A stretch of DNA of 64,000 nt from Candidatus Babeliales bacterium. Its GTDB lineage: Bacteria; Babelota; Babeliae; Babelales; JANWKD01. The translations under genes were made by a program, and so were the position numbers. The stretch is from assembly GCA_963722075.1 (NCBI GenBank), contig CAVRJM010000001.1, positions 320,001 through 384,000 on the forward strand, written 5' to 3'. Positions 19,297-29,104 of the stretch are shown piece by piece (position 1 is the first letter of the stretch; every line of letters begins with the position of its first letter). Under the pieces are notes generated by a model. It had not been told where the DNA came from. It searched no databases and was given only the letters and a program-made list of their open reading frames with translations.

Positions 19297-21030
19297 TTAC
19301 AGGTTTGTAACGTCATTTTTTGCCTTTTGAAGTAACATTTCTAATGTAATGCCTTGTTCTTGTTTTCCGTCATTAAAACGTAGTGTTATAGTATTATTTT
19401 GCTGCTCTTTTTTACCCAATACTAACATCCATGGTATTTTATCAAGTTGAGCATTTTTAATTTGAGCGGAGATTTGATCTGATGATTCATCCATCTCTAC
19501 TCGTATATCATGCTCTTTTAGAGCAGTAAGAATGGTTAGTGCGTAGGGTTTTTGTTCATCAGTAATGGTTAAAATGCGAACCTGTATAGGAGCAAGCCAA
19601 AAAGGCAAATGCCCTTTAAAATGTTCCAGAAGAATTCCAAAAAATCGTTCTAAGGAGCCGTAAATTGCCCGGTGCACCAAAATAGGGCGTTCTTTATTAC
19701 CAGAAGGGGCAATATAACTGAGGTTAAAGCTTTCCGGTTGAAAAAAGTCAACCTGTATAGTGCCGCATTGCCATTCCCGTTCCATTGAATCCTTAATACT
19801 AAATTCAATTTTAGGGCCATAAAAAGCACCTTCACCCTCTTTTATTTCATAAGGAATATGTAATTGTTCTAAGGAGTCAGTGAGCGCCTGTGTTCCTTGC
19901 TGCCATAATTCGTCACTTCCCATTGAATTGGCCGGTTTAGTTGAAACCGCTACACGAACATTTTTAAAATTAAATGGTTTATATACGGCAAATACCAAAT
20001 TAATCATGGCGCTAATTTCGTCTTTTAATTGCGCTGGCGTACAAAAGATATGAGCATCGTCTTGAGTAAAGGCACGTACACGAAAAAGACCATGTAAGAC
20101 TCCTGATAGTTCATGGCGATGTACTAAGCCAAATTCAGCCAGTCGTAACGGAAGATTACGATATGAACGTGGTCTTTCTTTATATAATAATATGGCGCCC
20201 GGGCAGTTCATCGGCTTAATGGCATAACTTTTATCATCAATAAAGCAAAAATACATATTTTCTTTATAATGGGCGTAATGACCTGATTGTCGCCATAAAT
20301 CGTCAGTTAGTAATATAGGAGTAGCAATTTCTTGATAATTGCCTTTTTTTAAAAATGTCTTGATATACTCAATTAAAATATTAATAACAGCTTTGCCTTT
20401 AGGGTGAAAAAAAGGAAATCCAACACCTTCTTCATGAAACGAAAAAAGATCTAATTGCTTACCTAATTTTCTATGATCATACAGGGAAGCTTCCTCTTTG
20501 CGTAGTTCATAATTGATAAGGTCTTGTTCCGTTAAAAAAGCAGTTCCGGCGATACGCTGCAATGCTTGCTTAGAGCGATCAGCGCGCCAATAGGATCCTG
20601 AAATGGAAAGGAGTTTAAAATATTTAATTTCGCCGGTTGAAGCAACATGGCCGCCGCGGCATAAATCACAAAAATCGCCTTGGCATGAAAGCCCCACCGT
20701 TTCTCCTGGAATGGAATCGATTAATTCTAATTTAAAGGGATTTCCAGCAAATAGCTTTCGCGCTTTGTCTTTAGCAATTTCTTCATGAGTTATGGGATAA
20801 TTTTTTTCTGAAAGCTCATGCATTCTTTTTTCAATAAGCGCTAAATCTTCTTCTTTAAAATTACGCTTTGGTAGCATATCATAAAAAAAACCTTCTTCAG
20901 TTGCTGGACCAATTGTTAAAATGGTATCGGGGAATAATTCTAAAACGGCGTGTGCTGCTAAATGGGCCGCTGAATGGCGTAAGATTTGTAATTTTTCTTT
21001 ATTTTCCATAAGTTCCTTTTTTACGCTCAT
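19297..21030 (-). CDS. thrS: Threonine--tRNA ligase (lacks N-terminal TGS domain)
   Basis: RHSAAHL, DLCRGGH, DHRKLG, KPMNCP, RVRAFTQDDAH, GAFYGPK, HRAIYGSLERF. Confidence 0.97.
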   Translation of the reverse strand: MSVKKELMENKEKLQILRHSAAHLAAHAVLELFPDTILTIGPATEEGFFYDMLPKRNFKEEDLALIEKRMHELSEKNYPITHEEIAKDKARKLFAGNPFKLELIDSIPGETVGLSCQGDFCDLCRGGHVASTGEIKYFKLLSISGSYWRADRSKQALQRIAGTAFLTEQDLINYELRKEEASLYDHRKLGKQLDLFSFHEEGVGFPFFHPKGKAVINILIEYIKTFLKKGNYQEIATPILLTDDLWRQSGHYAHYKENMYFCFIDDKSYAIKPMNCPGAILLYKERPRSYRNLPLRLAEFGLVHRHELSGVLHGLFRVRAFTQDDAHIFCTPAQLKDEISAMINLVFAVYKPFNFKNVRVAVSTKPANSMGSDELWQQGTQALTDSLEQLHIPYEIKEGEGAFYGPKIEFSIKDSMEREWQCGTIQVDFFQPESFNLSYIAPSGNKERPILVHRAIYGSLERFFGILLEHFKGHLPFWLAPIQVRILTITDEQKPYALTILTALKEHDIRVEMDESSDQISAQIKNAQLDKIPWMLVLGKKEQQNNTITLRFNDGKQEQGITLEMLLQKAKNDVTNL

Positions 21031-21113
21031 TTGAGAATGGGCGTATAGTATGTAATTATATAGTGATTATTTTGAATGAATCTAGTAAATAATCTGGTTA
21101 TTAACAATAAAGG

Positions 21114-21148
21114 GTAAGAAAAAATAGAATATACTGCCTTAGGCAGTA
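21114..21148 (-). terminator. Putative attenuator/terminator hairpin overlapping the leader stop codon
   Basis: TACTGCC-TAA-GGCAGTA followed by TATTCTATTTTTTCTT on the minus strand. Confidence 0.55.
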
Positions 21149-21240
21149 GTAGCTAAAGGAGTGGTGATGTAAAGCGTATTTTGGAAATAAACAGCTTTTG
21201 AAAAAATAGAGGAATTATACAGTGATTTGTAATAATCCAT
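21139..21240 (-). CDS. Putative Thr-rich leader peptide of thrS (33 aa, MDYYKSLYNSSIFSKAVYFQNTLYITTPLATTA)
   Basis: AAGGAG RBS 7 nt before ATG; 5 Thr in last 12 codons; upstream of thrS on the same strand; below the ORF-track length cutoff. Confidence 0.7.
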   Translation of the reverse strand: MDYYKSLYNSSIFSKAVYFQNTLYITTPLATTA

Positions 21241-21279
21241 AAAAAAACTCCTTTTAGGATTAAAGTAGCATATACGTAT

Positions 21280-21308
21280 ATAATAACAAATACCTATTTT
21301 TTTATCAA
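21280..21308 (-). promoter_or_regulatory. Putative sigma70 promoter of leader/thrS
   Basis: TTGATA-N17-TATTAT with extended -10 TG. Confidence 0.55.
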
Positions 21309-21401
21309 ATAGTATTTCATTTAAATGGATAGAATTAACTATTGCAAGGGATCTCTTTTTCTTTTTATGTTAAAATTGAGTGGTAATTAGGTGAATTAAC
21401 T

Positions 21402-21935
21402 ATGAAAAAAAAAGAAGTAACTATACCTTCCTGCGATTCGCGACCACGGGTGTATACTATTGGGCATTCGACACGTCCGTTAACAGAATTTATAGAGATA
21501 CTCGATCAGTATACTATTAAAAAAATAATTGATATTCGTACGATTCCAAAATCGCGTCATAATCCGCAATTTAATACCGATCATCTTAAAAAGTTATTAA
21601 AATCTCATTATGTGCATATAAAAGGATTAGGTGGATTGCGTCACCCTAAAAAAGATTCAATTAATCAAGGATGGCACAATAGTTCATTTAGAGGTTTTGC
21701 TGATTATATGCAAACCAAAGAATTTGCGGGTAGCCTTGCACGTCTTATAAAATATGCACAAAAAAATCCGGTGGTCATTATGTGTGCGGAAGCGGTTCCA
21801 TGGCGCTGTCATCGTTCGCTGATTGGCGATGCATTATTAATTCATGGCATTGATGTGGTAGATATTTTTAGCCAAACAGCGTGTAAACCACATACATTAA
21901 CTTCGTTTGCACGGGTATCAATTACGTACCCGTAG
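21402..21935 (+). CDS. DUF488 family protein
   Basis: YTIGHSTR, DIRTIP.SRHNPQFN, FRGFADYM, MCAEAVPWRCHR. Confidence 0.9.
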   Translation: MKKKEVTIPSCDSRPRVYTIGHSTRPLTEFIEILDQYTIKKIIDIRTIPKSRHNPQFNTDHLKKLLKSHYVHIKGLGGLRHPKKDSINQGWHNSSFRGFADYMQTKEFAGSLARLIKYAQKNPVVIMCAEAVPWRCHRSLIGDALLIHGIDVVDIFSQTACKPHTLTSFARVSITYP

Positions 21936-21980
21936 AGTTATTGAAATATATGAACCATTTAACCAGAGTAAGGAAATGTA

Positions 21981-23387
21981 ATGACTGGAGAAAAAATCTA
22001 TCTTTTGGATACTAGCGTTTTGATATATGACCCAGAATCGCTTTTTAGTTTTGATAAAGCATTAGTGGGAATTCCAATAATAGTTTTAGAAGAATTGGAT
22101 AGATTTAAAACAGAAAATACTGAGCGAGGTGCGTCAACGCGAGAGGTTATACGTAAATTAGATGAGTTGCGCTTGCGTGGTTCTTTAAAAGATGGGGTTC
22201 ATTTAGAAGGTGGTGGTACCATTCAAGTATTATTTTTGCCCAGCGACCCCTATCCCTCTCCGCTTAAATTAAATATTGCTGATAATGAAATTTTAAAAAT
22301 ATCATTATGGCTTAAAAATAATGGCTATAATGTTGATTTTATTTCTAAAGATATCAATGCACGCGTGAAGGCAAATTCCTTAGGTATTAAATCAAGTGAC
22401 TATATCAAAGAAGAAGAAAATATACACGATAAAATTTATAAAGGATGGATGCAGTTTGATGTTCCATCAATTCAATTAAAAAAAGATTTCCCTGATATTT
22501 TACCGGAGCTTATAGAAGAAAAAACTATTATTCAGAATCAATTTGTATTATTAAATAGTAAAAATAATCCATATAATTATAAAATTTATCGCTTTACCGA
22601 TAAACAATTTATACCGGTGCATGCTCCTGATTTGCGTTGGGCATTGCAACCACGTAACCCGCAGCAATTGATGGCTCTAAATTTATTGTTTGATCCGACC
22701 GTTTCGTTGGTATGCTTGGTAGGCCCAGCCGGAACAGGAAAAACATTTCTAGCGTTACTGGCCGGATTGCATCAAGTGTTAATGCAGGATTTATATCGAA
22801 AAATGTTAATTTCGCGTCCAGTGATTCCCCTTGGGCCTGATATTGGCTACCTTCCCGGTACTATTGAAGAAAAACTGCATAGTTGGATGCAGCCTATGTA
22901 TGATAATATGGAATTTATTGCCTATTCAGCTAATAAAGCCGTACAAATAGCGCATCATTTTGAAGGACAGGAGTATTATACCGGTAAGGATAGAAATCGA
23001 CGACGCAAAAAAGAAGCTCATGTAAAAGAGGTTAATCATAAGCGGGTTCTTGCACCGCTTGATCAGTTGACGCGTGAAGGACGTATTAGCTTAGAAGCAA
23101 TTACCTATATGCGCGGTCGCTCCATTCCATTCCAATATATTTTAATTGATGAAGTACAAAATTTAACCCCCCATGAAGTTAAAACACTCATTAGCCGTGT
23201 GGGCGAGGGAAGTAAGATTGTATTAGCAGGGGATCCATACCAAATTGATGCACAGTATTTAGATTTTAGTAGTAATGGATTGGTAGTTGCTAGTAATAAA
23301 TTTAAAGGGGAATCAATTGCGGCAACGGTGTTTTTAGAAAGTAGCGAGCGAAGCCCATTAAGTGAATTAGCAAGTAAATTGTTGTAA
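21981..23387 (+). CDS. PIN domain-PhoH family ATPase (PhoH2/YlaK-like)
   Basis: LDTSVL PIN N-terminus; GPAGTGKT, GYLPG, YMRGRS, DEVQN, GDP.Q.D. Confidence 0.92.
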   Translation: MTGEKIYLLDTSVLIYDPESLFSFDKALVGIPIIVLEELDRFKTENTERGASTREVIRKLDELRLRGSLKDGVHLEGGGTIQVLFLPSDPYPSPLKLNIADNEILKISLWLKNNGYNVDFISKDINARVKANSLGIKSSDYIKEEENIHDKIYKGWMQFDVPSIQLKKDFPDILPELIEEKTIIQNQFVLLNSKNNPYNYKIYRFTDKQFIPVHAPDLRWALQPRNPQQLMALNLLFDPTVSLVCLVGPAGTGKTFLALLAGLHQVLMQDLYRKMLISRPVIPLGPDIGYLPGTIEEKLHSWMQPMYDNMEFIAYSANKAVQIAHHFEGQEYYTGKDRNRRRKKEAHVKEVNHKRVLAPLDQLTREGRISLEAITYMRGRSIPFQYILIDEVQNLTPHEVKTLISRVGEGSKIVLAGDPYQIDAQYLDFSSNGLVVASNKFKGESIAATVFLESSERSPLSELASKLL

Positions 23388-23515
23388 TGCGATAAGAAAA
23401 ATTGGTACAAATAAATGTAGATTAGAAAATTAATTTAGAAAATGAATTAATACAATTAAAACAAAAATTAACTAACTTGCATGAGGAATTAAAATAATAA
23501 AAAAAAGGGGAGAAT

Positions 23516-24121
23516 ATGAACTTAAGGGTACTAATAGTATTTATACTCTATACAGGAATGTTGTTTAGCAAAACACCAAAAATTGATCCAAAAATTATGC
23601 AAGAACAGCACATGCAAATGAGAAATTTTTTACAAAAAGCAGTAGATGAAGAAACGGTGGGAAAATATCCTGAAGGGTTACCGTTTAATTTATTAAAAGA
23701 ACATTATCAGATTAAAAATAAAGAAGGAAGAGTGTGGCAATTGCGCCCTTTGGATGTAGCACTGGAATTTGATAAGCCTACGCTTCTCAGCCAATTACTT
23801 GAAAAAAATATTGAGCAAGCAGTTTGCATTCCTCGTTCTATGATGCTATTTAATGCAATTGATCGTAATAAACATAATTGTGCGCTGTTCCTCATAAAGG
23901 AAGGTAAATTCAATCTTAATGCTACTGATTTTCTAGGAAGAACGCCCTTAATGTTTGCAGTATCTAAAGATTATAAGATTGCAAAAGCATTAGTAAGAGC
24001 AGGGGCGCAGCTGGATATAAAAGATAGTTACGGTAAAACCGCAGAAGATTATGCGACCACTAAATGTAAAACTAAATTGCTTACTCCTAAAGATTCAAAA
24101 GAGGGATGTGGTATTAATTAA
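23516..24121 (+). CDS. Ankyrin repeat protein with signal peptide
   Basis: GRTPLMFA, LVRAGA.LD.KD..GKTA.DYA. Confidence 0.85.
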   Translation: MNLRVLIVFILYTGMLFSKTPKIDPKIMQEQHMQMRNFLQKAVDEETVGKYPEGLPFNLLKEHYQIKNKEGRVWQLRPLDVALEFDKPTLLSQLLEKNIEQAVCIPRSMMLFNAIDRNKHNCALFLIKEGKFNLNATDFLGRTPLMFAVSKDYKIAKALVRAGAQLDIKDSYGKTAEDYATTKCKTKLLTPKDSKEGCGIN

Positions 24122-24191
24122 GCTTTGGTAATTCTTTTGAAGTGGCATATTATAAACTCACAGTGGTAAAAATATTTGCATGTAAAAAGTT

Positions 24192-24406
24192 GTCGTTGCG
24201 AGTTTACGAAGCAATCCAGGTTTTATTAAAATTTTTCAATTTAAAAATTTATTGTAGTTTATTTGTTAAGATAAATTGTTGTTTGTTGATGTGATCTTAA
24301 TTAATAAAAAAATTATTCTTTTTTGTAAAGAGTTTGCTTATATACTTCTCTTATTTTTCTTCACTTATTATTTTTAGCCTGGATTGCTTCGTAAACTCGC
24401 AACGAC
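24192..24406. repeat. Family-1 inverted pair with 157-bp AT-rich spacer
   Basis: GTCGTTGCGAGTTTACGAAGCAATCCAGG (24192-24220) and its exact reverse complement (24378-24406). Confidence 0.9.
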
Positions 24407-24476
24407 GTGCTGTTGTTTATAGTACTTGAGCAAGGTAACATGTTAAAGACGTATAAAAGCACAAGAAATTCTTATA

Positions 24477-24683
24477 CTATTCTTCATTAATTTTACTAAA
24501 AGGATGACAAGAAAGTAGCCGTTTGCAGATTGCACACAACGCCTTAAATAGCGATTTTTGACGTAGTTGTTCGAGTGCAAAATCACCACATGAATGAAGA
24601 AAGCGACATGATGCGATGCCCAGAAAAGGGCGCATAAGTTTTAATAGCTCAACCAGTAGATAATTAACTATTCTCATGGGCAT
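24477..24683 (-). CDS. yidD: Membrane protein insertion efficiency factor
   Basis: CRF..SC, R...CHPF; downstream of rnpA. Confidence 0.85.
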   Translation of the reverse strand: MPMRIVNYLLVELLKLMRPFLGIASCRFLHSCGDFALEQLRQKSLFKALCAICKRLLSCHPFSKINEE

Positions 24684-24993
24684 GCGTTATAATTTTTTCT
24701 AATTGATTAAAAGAAAGAGTCATAGCTGGTGTGGATATCAGTATAAGATAATCACGGGGCCCCTCATACAATTTATGCTGGTAAAAGATAGATTTTAAAC
24801 GGCGCCGGATACGATTTCGCTCTGGAGCATTCCCGCTTTTGCGGGGTGTTATGATTAAAATACGGGCGGATGGTTCCTGTTTAGGAGCGCCCTTTATTAC
24901 TAATCCGTGATCAACGAGAATAGTTCGAGCAGTTTTAAATAGTTCTTGAATCTCTTTTTTTTTAAAACTGCTTAACGATTTGAAGAAAGACAA
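24664..24993 (-). CDS. rnpA: Ribonuclease P protein component
   Basis: K.GNA..RNRIRRRLK; follows rpmH. Confidence 0.9.
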   Translation of the reverse strand: MSFFKSLSSFKKKEIQELFKTARTILVDHGLVIKGAPKQEPSARILIITPRKSGNAPERNRIRRRLKSIFYQHKLYEGPRDYLILISTPAMTLSFNQLEKIITHAHENS

Positions 24994-25006
24994 AGGAAAA
25001 ATATCC

Positions 25007-25141
25007 TTAAACGGTGAGGCGTTTTCTGCCCTTTGCGCGTCTGCGGTTAACTATTTTTCTTCCATCTTTGGTAGCCATTCTTTTGCGAAATCCGTGTTTT
25101 CTGCTTCTTTTGAGGCGGCTTGGCTTATAGGTAACTGACAT
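25007..25141 (-). CDS. rpmH: 50S ribosomal protein L34 (not in ORF track)
   Basis: Manual translation [44 protein letters not shown]. Confidence 0.97.
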   Translation of the reverse strand: MSVTYKPSRLKRSRKHGFRKRMATKDGRKIVNRRRAKGRKRLTV

Positions 25142-25228
25142 AGTAATATCCTTTAAATAAACAATAATAAGTAGCTTTTAGTATAGAGAAATAATTAATT
25201 TTTTCAATGGAATGAAGGGGGCGATCCG

Positions 25229-26302
25229 CTATTTATTCCACTTATAGTAGGTATAATAAGCCAAGGATCCTAATAAAGCCGTTCCGCTAAGCATATCTAT
25301 GGCGTTTCTAAAGATTCCTCTTTTAGTGCTCGGGCAAGCTTTTATGCGAGCTTCTACTTCTTCTACTGATGGTTGAAATGGGTGTAAATCCTTCTCTAAA
25401 TCTATTAGGGTCTCTTGTTGAGGGTTGATAATTTTTGAGAGATCGTTATGGTCACGTTCTTCTCGAATTGTAATTTTATCTTGGTAAGGAAGATTTAATT
25501 TTTTATAAATTACGTTCATTATGCCAACGGTTTCATGACGTTTTTCTCTGGTCATACTGTATAAAATATTTACATGGGAAATATATCTGTTATTAGTTTC
25601 AATTAAATAAACATTATTATCTTCTCGATTTTTAATAAGAGCGCAATATAATTTACGGGCATCATTAATAGGTGTTTCAGGATCATTTTGATCATGCAAA
25701 ATAATGACTGGTATGTTTGGTGATAGTTTCGATGCCGATGAAAGTGCTTGTTTGCCCCATGGATTATAAGTAGGAAAGAATGCTTTAGTTACCCACGGAA
25801 TCCAAAAACGGGCGAAGGGAAGGTAAGTAATTGGTTTTATCATTCTTTCAGCATTATGCAATATAGCATTATTGCCATTGCCAAGTACAGCTTGTAAAAC
25901 AACGGCAGCAACCTTTTTATCTTGATTTATTTGTTCTTTTTGAGCTAACCAATTGATGATTGTTGCAGTTCCTTGAGAAAAACCAAATAATACTTTTTTG
26001 CCTACGAGTTCTGGTTTAGTTTTTTCAAAATTCCAAGCAAAGTTTTTTAATTGATCATTAAAATGCCTAATACAATTTCCCTGGCCTAAATCAATTTTAT
26101 ATCCTTTTATTGTGTTGCATCTTTTAATGGGAAGATATAAAAGAGCATTATCATCAAAATCCTCGCCGCCGCATCCATTTTGCCCGTGTAGAGTAATATA
26201 GCCAAGAACTGTTTTTTCAATTACTTCTTCTTTTTCCATACAATTGATAGAGGTAAATAAAAATAATGGTATTGAAAAGAAAAATACATAAATAATTTTC
26301 AT
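25229..26302 (-). CDS. Secreted alpha/beta hydrolase-fold protein
   Basis: Signal peptide, LHG, GFSQG nucleophile elbow, LHD..D and H; C-terminal TM. Confidence 0.7.
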   Translation of the reverse strand: MKIIYVFFFSIPLFLFTSINCMEKEEVIEKTVLGYITLHGQNGCGGEDFDDNALLYLPIKRCNTIKGYKIDLGQGNCIRHFNDQLKNFAWNFEKTKPELVGKKVLFGFSQGTATIINWLAQKEQINQDKKVAAVVLQAVLGNGNNAILHNAERMIKPITYLPFARFWIPWVTKAFFPTYNPWGKQALSSASKLSPNIPVIILHDQNDPETPINDARKLYCALIKNREDNNVYLIETNNRYISHVNILYSMTREKRHETVGIMNVIYKKLNLPYQDKITIREERDHNDLSKIINPQQETLIDLEKDLHPFQPSVEEVEARIKACPSTKRGIFRNAIDMLSGTALLGSLAYYTYYKWNK

Positions 26303-26491
26303 ATTTAGACCTAATCAATTAATTAAATAATAGTAATATTATAATATTATTATAATTAGCAATTTTGTCAAATAGGGCGGCCATTTCAAAAACTGCCGCC
26401 TTGTGCAAACAGGATACCTAAGCTATACTTAATTATGTATAAAAATAACTATAAATATTACCTAAATCACTGGTTTTAAAGGGTCATTTCT

Positions 26492-29101
26492 ATGGTACCA
26501 GAAAATCACCAAAAATTACCGACTAATATTAAACCGATTTTAATTGAGGATGAATTAAAAACCTCGTTTCTTGATTATGCAATGTCGGTTATTGTAAGCC
26601 GTGCTATTCCTGATGTGCGCGATGGGTTAAAGCCAGTACATAGAAGAATTTTATATACCATGGCCCAGTTGGGTTTTTATCATAATAAGCCTTATCATAA
26701 ATCAGTTCGTATTGTCGGTGACGTGCTTGGTAAATATCATCCTCACGGTGACCAAGCGGTCTATAATAGTATGGTGGGGTTGGTACAGCAATTTTCCAAG
26801 CGTTATCCGCTTCTTGATGGTCAAGGTAACTGGGGATCAGTTGATGGCGATAATGCCGCAGCTATGCGATATACTGAAGTACGAATGGCTAAAATAGCAG
26901 CCGAAATTCTTGCTGATTTAGATAAAGAAACGGTGGAATTTGTACCCAATTTTGATGAATCAACGGTTGAGCCCGTTATTTTGCCCAGTAAATTACCTAA
27001 TCTCTTGGTTAATGGGACTTCTGGTATTGCAGTGGGTATGGCTACGGCAGTGCCACCGCATAATTTATCTGAAGTCATTAATGCATGCCTTGCGTATTTA
27101 GATAATGAATCTATCGCTGATGAAGAATTATACGAGCTTATCCCAGCTCCTGATTTTCCAACAGGGGGCATTATTTGTGGGCGTGCGGGCATTGTTCGGG
27201 CATATAAAACGGGGCGCGGCAACCTTATTTTACGAGGCGTTGCTACTGTCGAAGAAACTAAAAAAGGCAGTGCCATTATCATTACGGAGCTTCCGTATCA
27301 GGTTAATAAAGCAGAACTTGCGATTAAGATTGTTGATTTAGTTAAAAATAAAATTATTGAAGGCATTTCTAATATTAGAGATGAATCTGATAAAAAGGGA
27401 ATGCGCTTAGTAATTGAAATTAAAAGAGGCGAAATGCCTCAAGTGATGCTTAATCAGCTCTATAAATTTACCGCATTGCAAAGTACGGTATCTATTTTAA
27501 TGCTTGCGTTACTTGATAATAAGCCGTTGGTATTTACCCTGCGCCAATTGATTCATGAATTTGTTATGCATCGTCATGAAATTGTCTATAAGCGTACCGT
27601 TTACGATCTTAAAAAAGCTGAGATGCGAGAGCATATTTTAGCCGGATTCATTATAGCCTTACAAAATATTGATGAGGTAATTGCGCTCATTAAAAAATCA
27701 CGCTCTGCTGAACAAGCTATCAGTGAATTAAATAAACGATTCTTGCTGACGCCTGAGCAAGGAAAAGCAATTCTTGAAATGCGTTTGCAACGTTTAACCG
27801 GTCTTGAACAAGAAAAGATTTTCCATGAAATGGAAGAATTAAAGCGCTTGATTGCTTATTTTAAATTAATTATTAATGACAGGGCTGTCCTCAAAGATGA
27901 AGTTAAGCGAGAATTAGAAGGAATTAAAGAGCAATATGGTGATGCACGCCGCACTAAAATTGAAGGACCGCTTGATATTCTTACCGAAGCGGATTTAATC
28001 CCTGAAGAAGATGTGGTGGTTACGTTAACTTCCAAAGGGTACATAAAACGAGTTCCGGTTGAGACCTACGGTGTTCAGCATCGCGGTGGGAAGGGTAAAA
28101 TGGGTATGGCTGCTTTAGAAGAAAGCGGTGATATTATGCAAGATGTGTTTGTTGCTAAAACCCATGATGAACTCTTATTCTTTACCAACCTTGGGCGTGT
28201 ATATAGCTTGAAAGTATTTGAAATTCCTGAAGGATCTCGTATTGCTAAAGGGCGCGCTATCATTAACTTATTACCATTAACTCCCGATGAACGCGTGGTG
28301 AAATTGCTTCCTACTCGAGACTTAGATAATAAATTCCTCGTGATGGTAACTAAAAATGGCATTATCAAGAAAACTGATGCGGCAGAATTTGCAAAAATTA
28401 GAACGTCAGGAATTCGCGCTATTACCTTACGTGAGCATGATGAATTAGTATTTTGCAAATTAAGTTCCGGTGAAGATACCATTATTTTAGCCACTGCCAA
28501 AGGGCAAGGAATCCGTTTTAAAGAAACGGAAGTTCGTGAAATGGGCCGGCAGGCGGCCGGCGTTATGGGTATTCGCTTAAAATCAAAAGATTATGTGGTT
28601 GGATTAGAAGTTATTTCTGGGGAGCATGATATCTTATTTGCAACTGCTCATGGCTATGGCAAACGAGTAAAACCAGAAGATTTTAGAGTTGCGCATCGAG
28701 CAGGCTATGGCGTGCGTACCATACCAACTACCGAACGCAATGGTGATGTTATTGGATTAACCATAGTAACTGATAATTCACATGTATTATTGATTGATAC
28801 AACCGGTAAAATTATTCGTTTATCGCCATCAGAAATTCGCACTATGGGACGTCAAGCTAAAGGCGTGCGTCTTATTAAATTAGATGAACATCAACGGCTA
28901 TCGGCAGTTGTTTCATTTGAAGAAGATCAGAATAATAATCATAGTGAAGAATCTAATCCAGCAACAGTTACTAATACTGTAGAGCCAAAAAAACAATTTA
29001 TTGAATATGCAATGGATGAATCGCTCTATTTTGAATCTGATACTGATGATGCTGAGATTGATTTAAATGAATTTCAATCAGATGATAAATTGCAATTTTA
29101 A
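26492..29101 (+). CDS. gyrA: DNA gyrase subunit A
   Basis: [22 protein letters not shown], GyrA-box QHRGGKG, acidic tail. Confidence 0.98.
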   Translation: MVPENHQKLPTNIKPILIEDELKTSFLDYAMSVIVSRAIPDVRDGLKPVHRRILYTMAQLGFYHNKPYHKSVRIVGDVLGKYHPHGDQAVYNSMVGLVQQFSKRYPLLDGQGNWGSVDGDNAAAMRYTEVRMAKIAAEILADLDKETVEFVPNFDESTVEPVILPSKLPNLLVNGTSGIAVGMATAVPPHNLSEVINACLAYLDNESIADEELYELIPAPDFPTGGIICGRAGIVRAYKTGRGNLILRGVATVEETKKGSAIIITELPYQVNKAELAIKIVDLVKNKIIEGISNIRDESDKKGMRLVIEIKRGEMPQVMLNQLYKFTALQSTVSILMLALLDNKPLVFTLRQLIHEFVMHRHEIVYKRTVYDLKKAEMREHILAGFIIALQNIDEVIALIKKSRSAEQAISELNKRFLLTPEQGKAILEMRLQRLTGLEQEKIFHEMEELKRLIAYFKLIINDRAVLKDEVKRELEGIKEQYGDARRTKIEGPLDILTEADLIPEEDVVVTLTSKGYIKRVPVETYGVQHRGGKGKMGMAALEESGDIMQDVFVAKTHDELLFFTNLGRVYSLKVFEIPEGSRIAKGRAIINLLPLTPDERVVKLLPTRDLDNKFLVMVTKNGIIKKTDAAEFAKIRTSGIRAITLREHDELVFCKLSSGEDTIILATAKGQGIRFKETEVREMGRQAAGVMGIRLKSKDYVVGLEVISGEHDILFATAHGYGKRVKPEDFRVAHRAGYGVRTIPTTERNGDVIGLTIVTDNSHVLLIDTTGKIIRLSPSEIRTMGRQAKGVRLIKLDEHQRLSAVVSFEEDQNNNHSEESNPATVTNTVEPKKQFIEYAMDESLYFESDTDDAEIDLNEFQSDDKLQF

Positions 29102-29104
29102 TCT

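Noticed and set aside
21031..21300. T-box riboswitch upstream of thrS
   Set aside because: No T-box consensus or specifier stem on the sense (minus) strand; the GTGGTG-like text is on the opposite strand. The leader peptide explains the region better.
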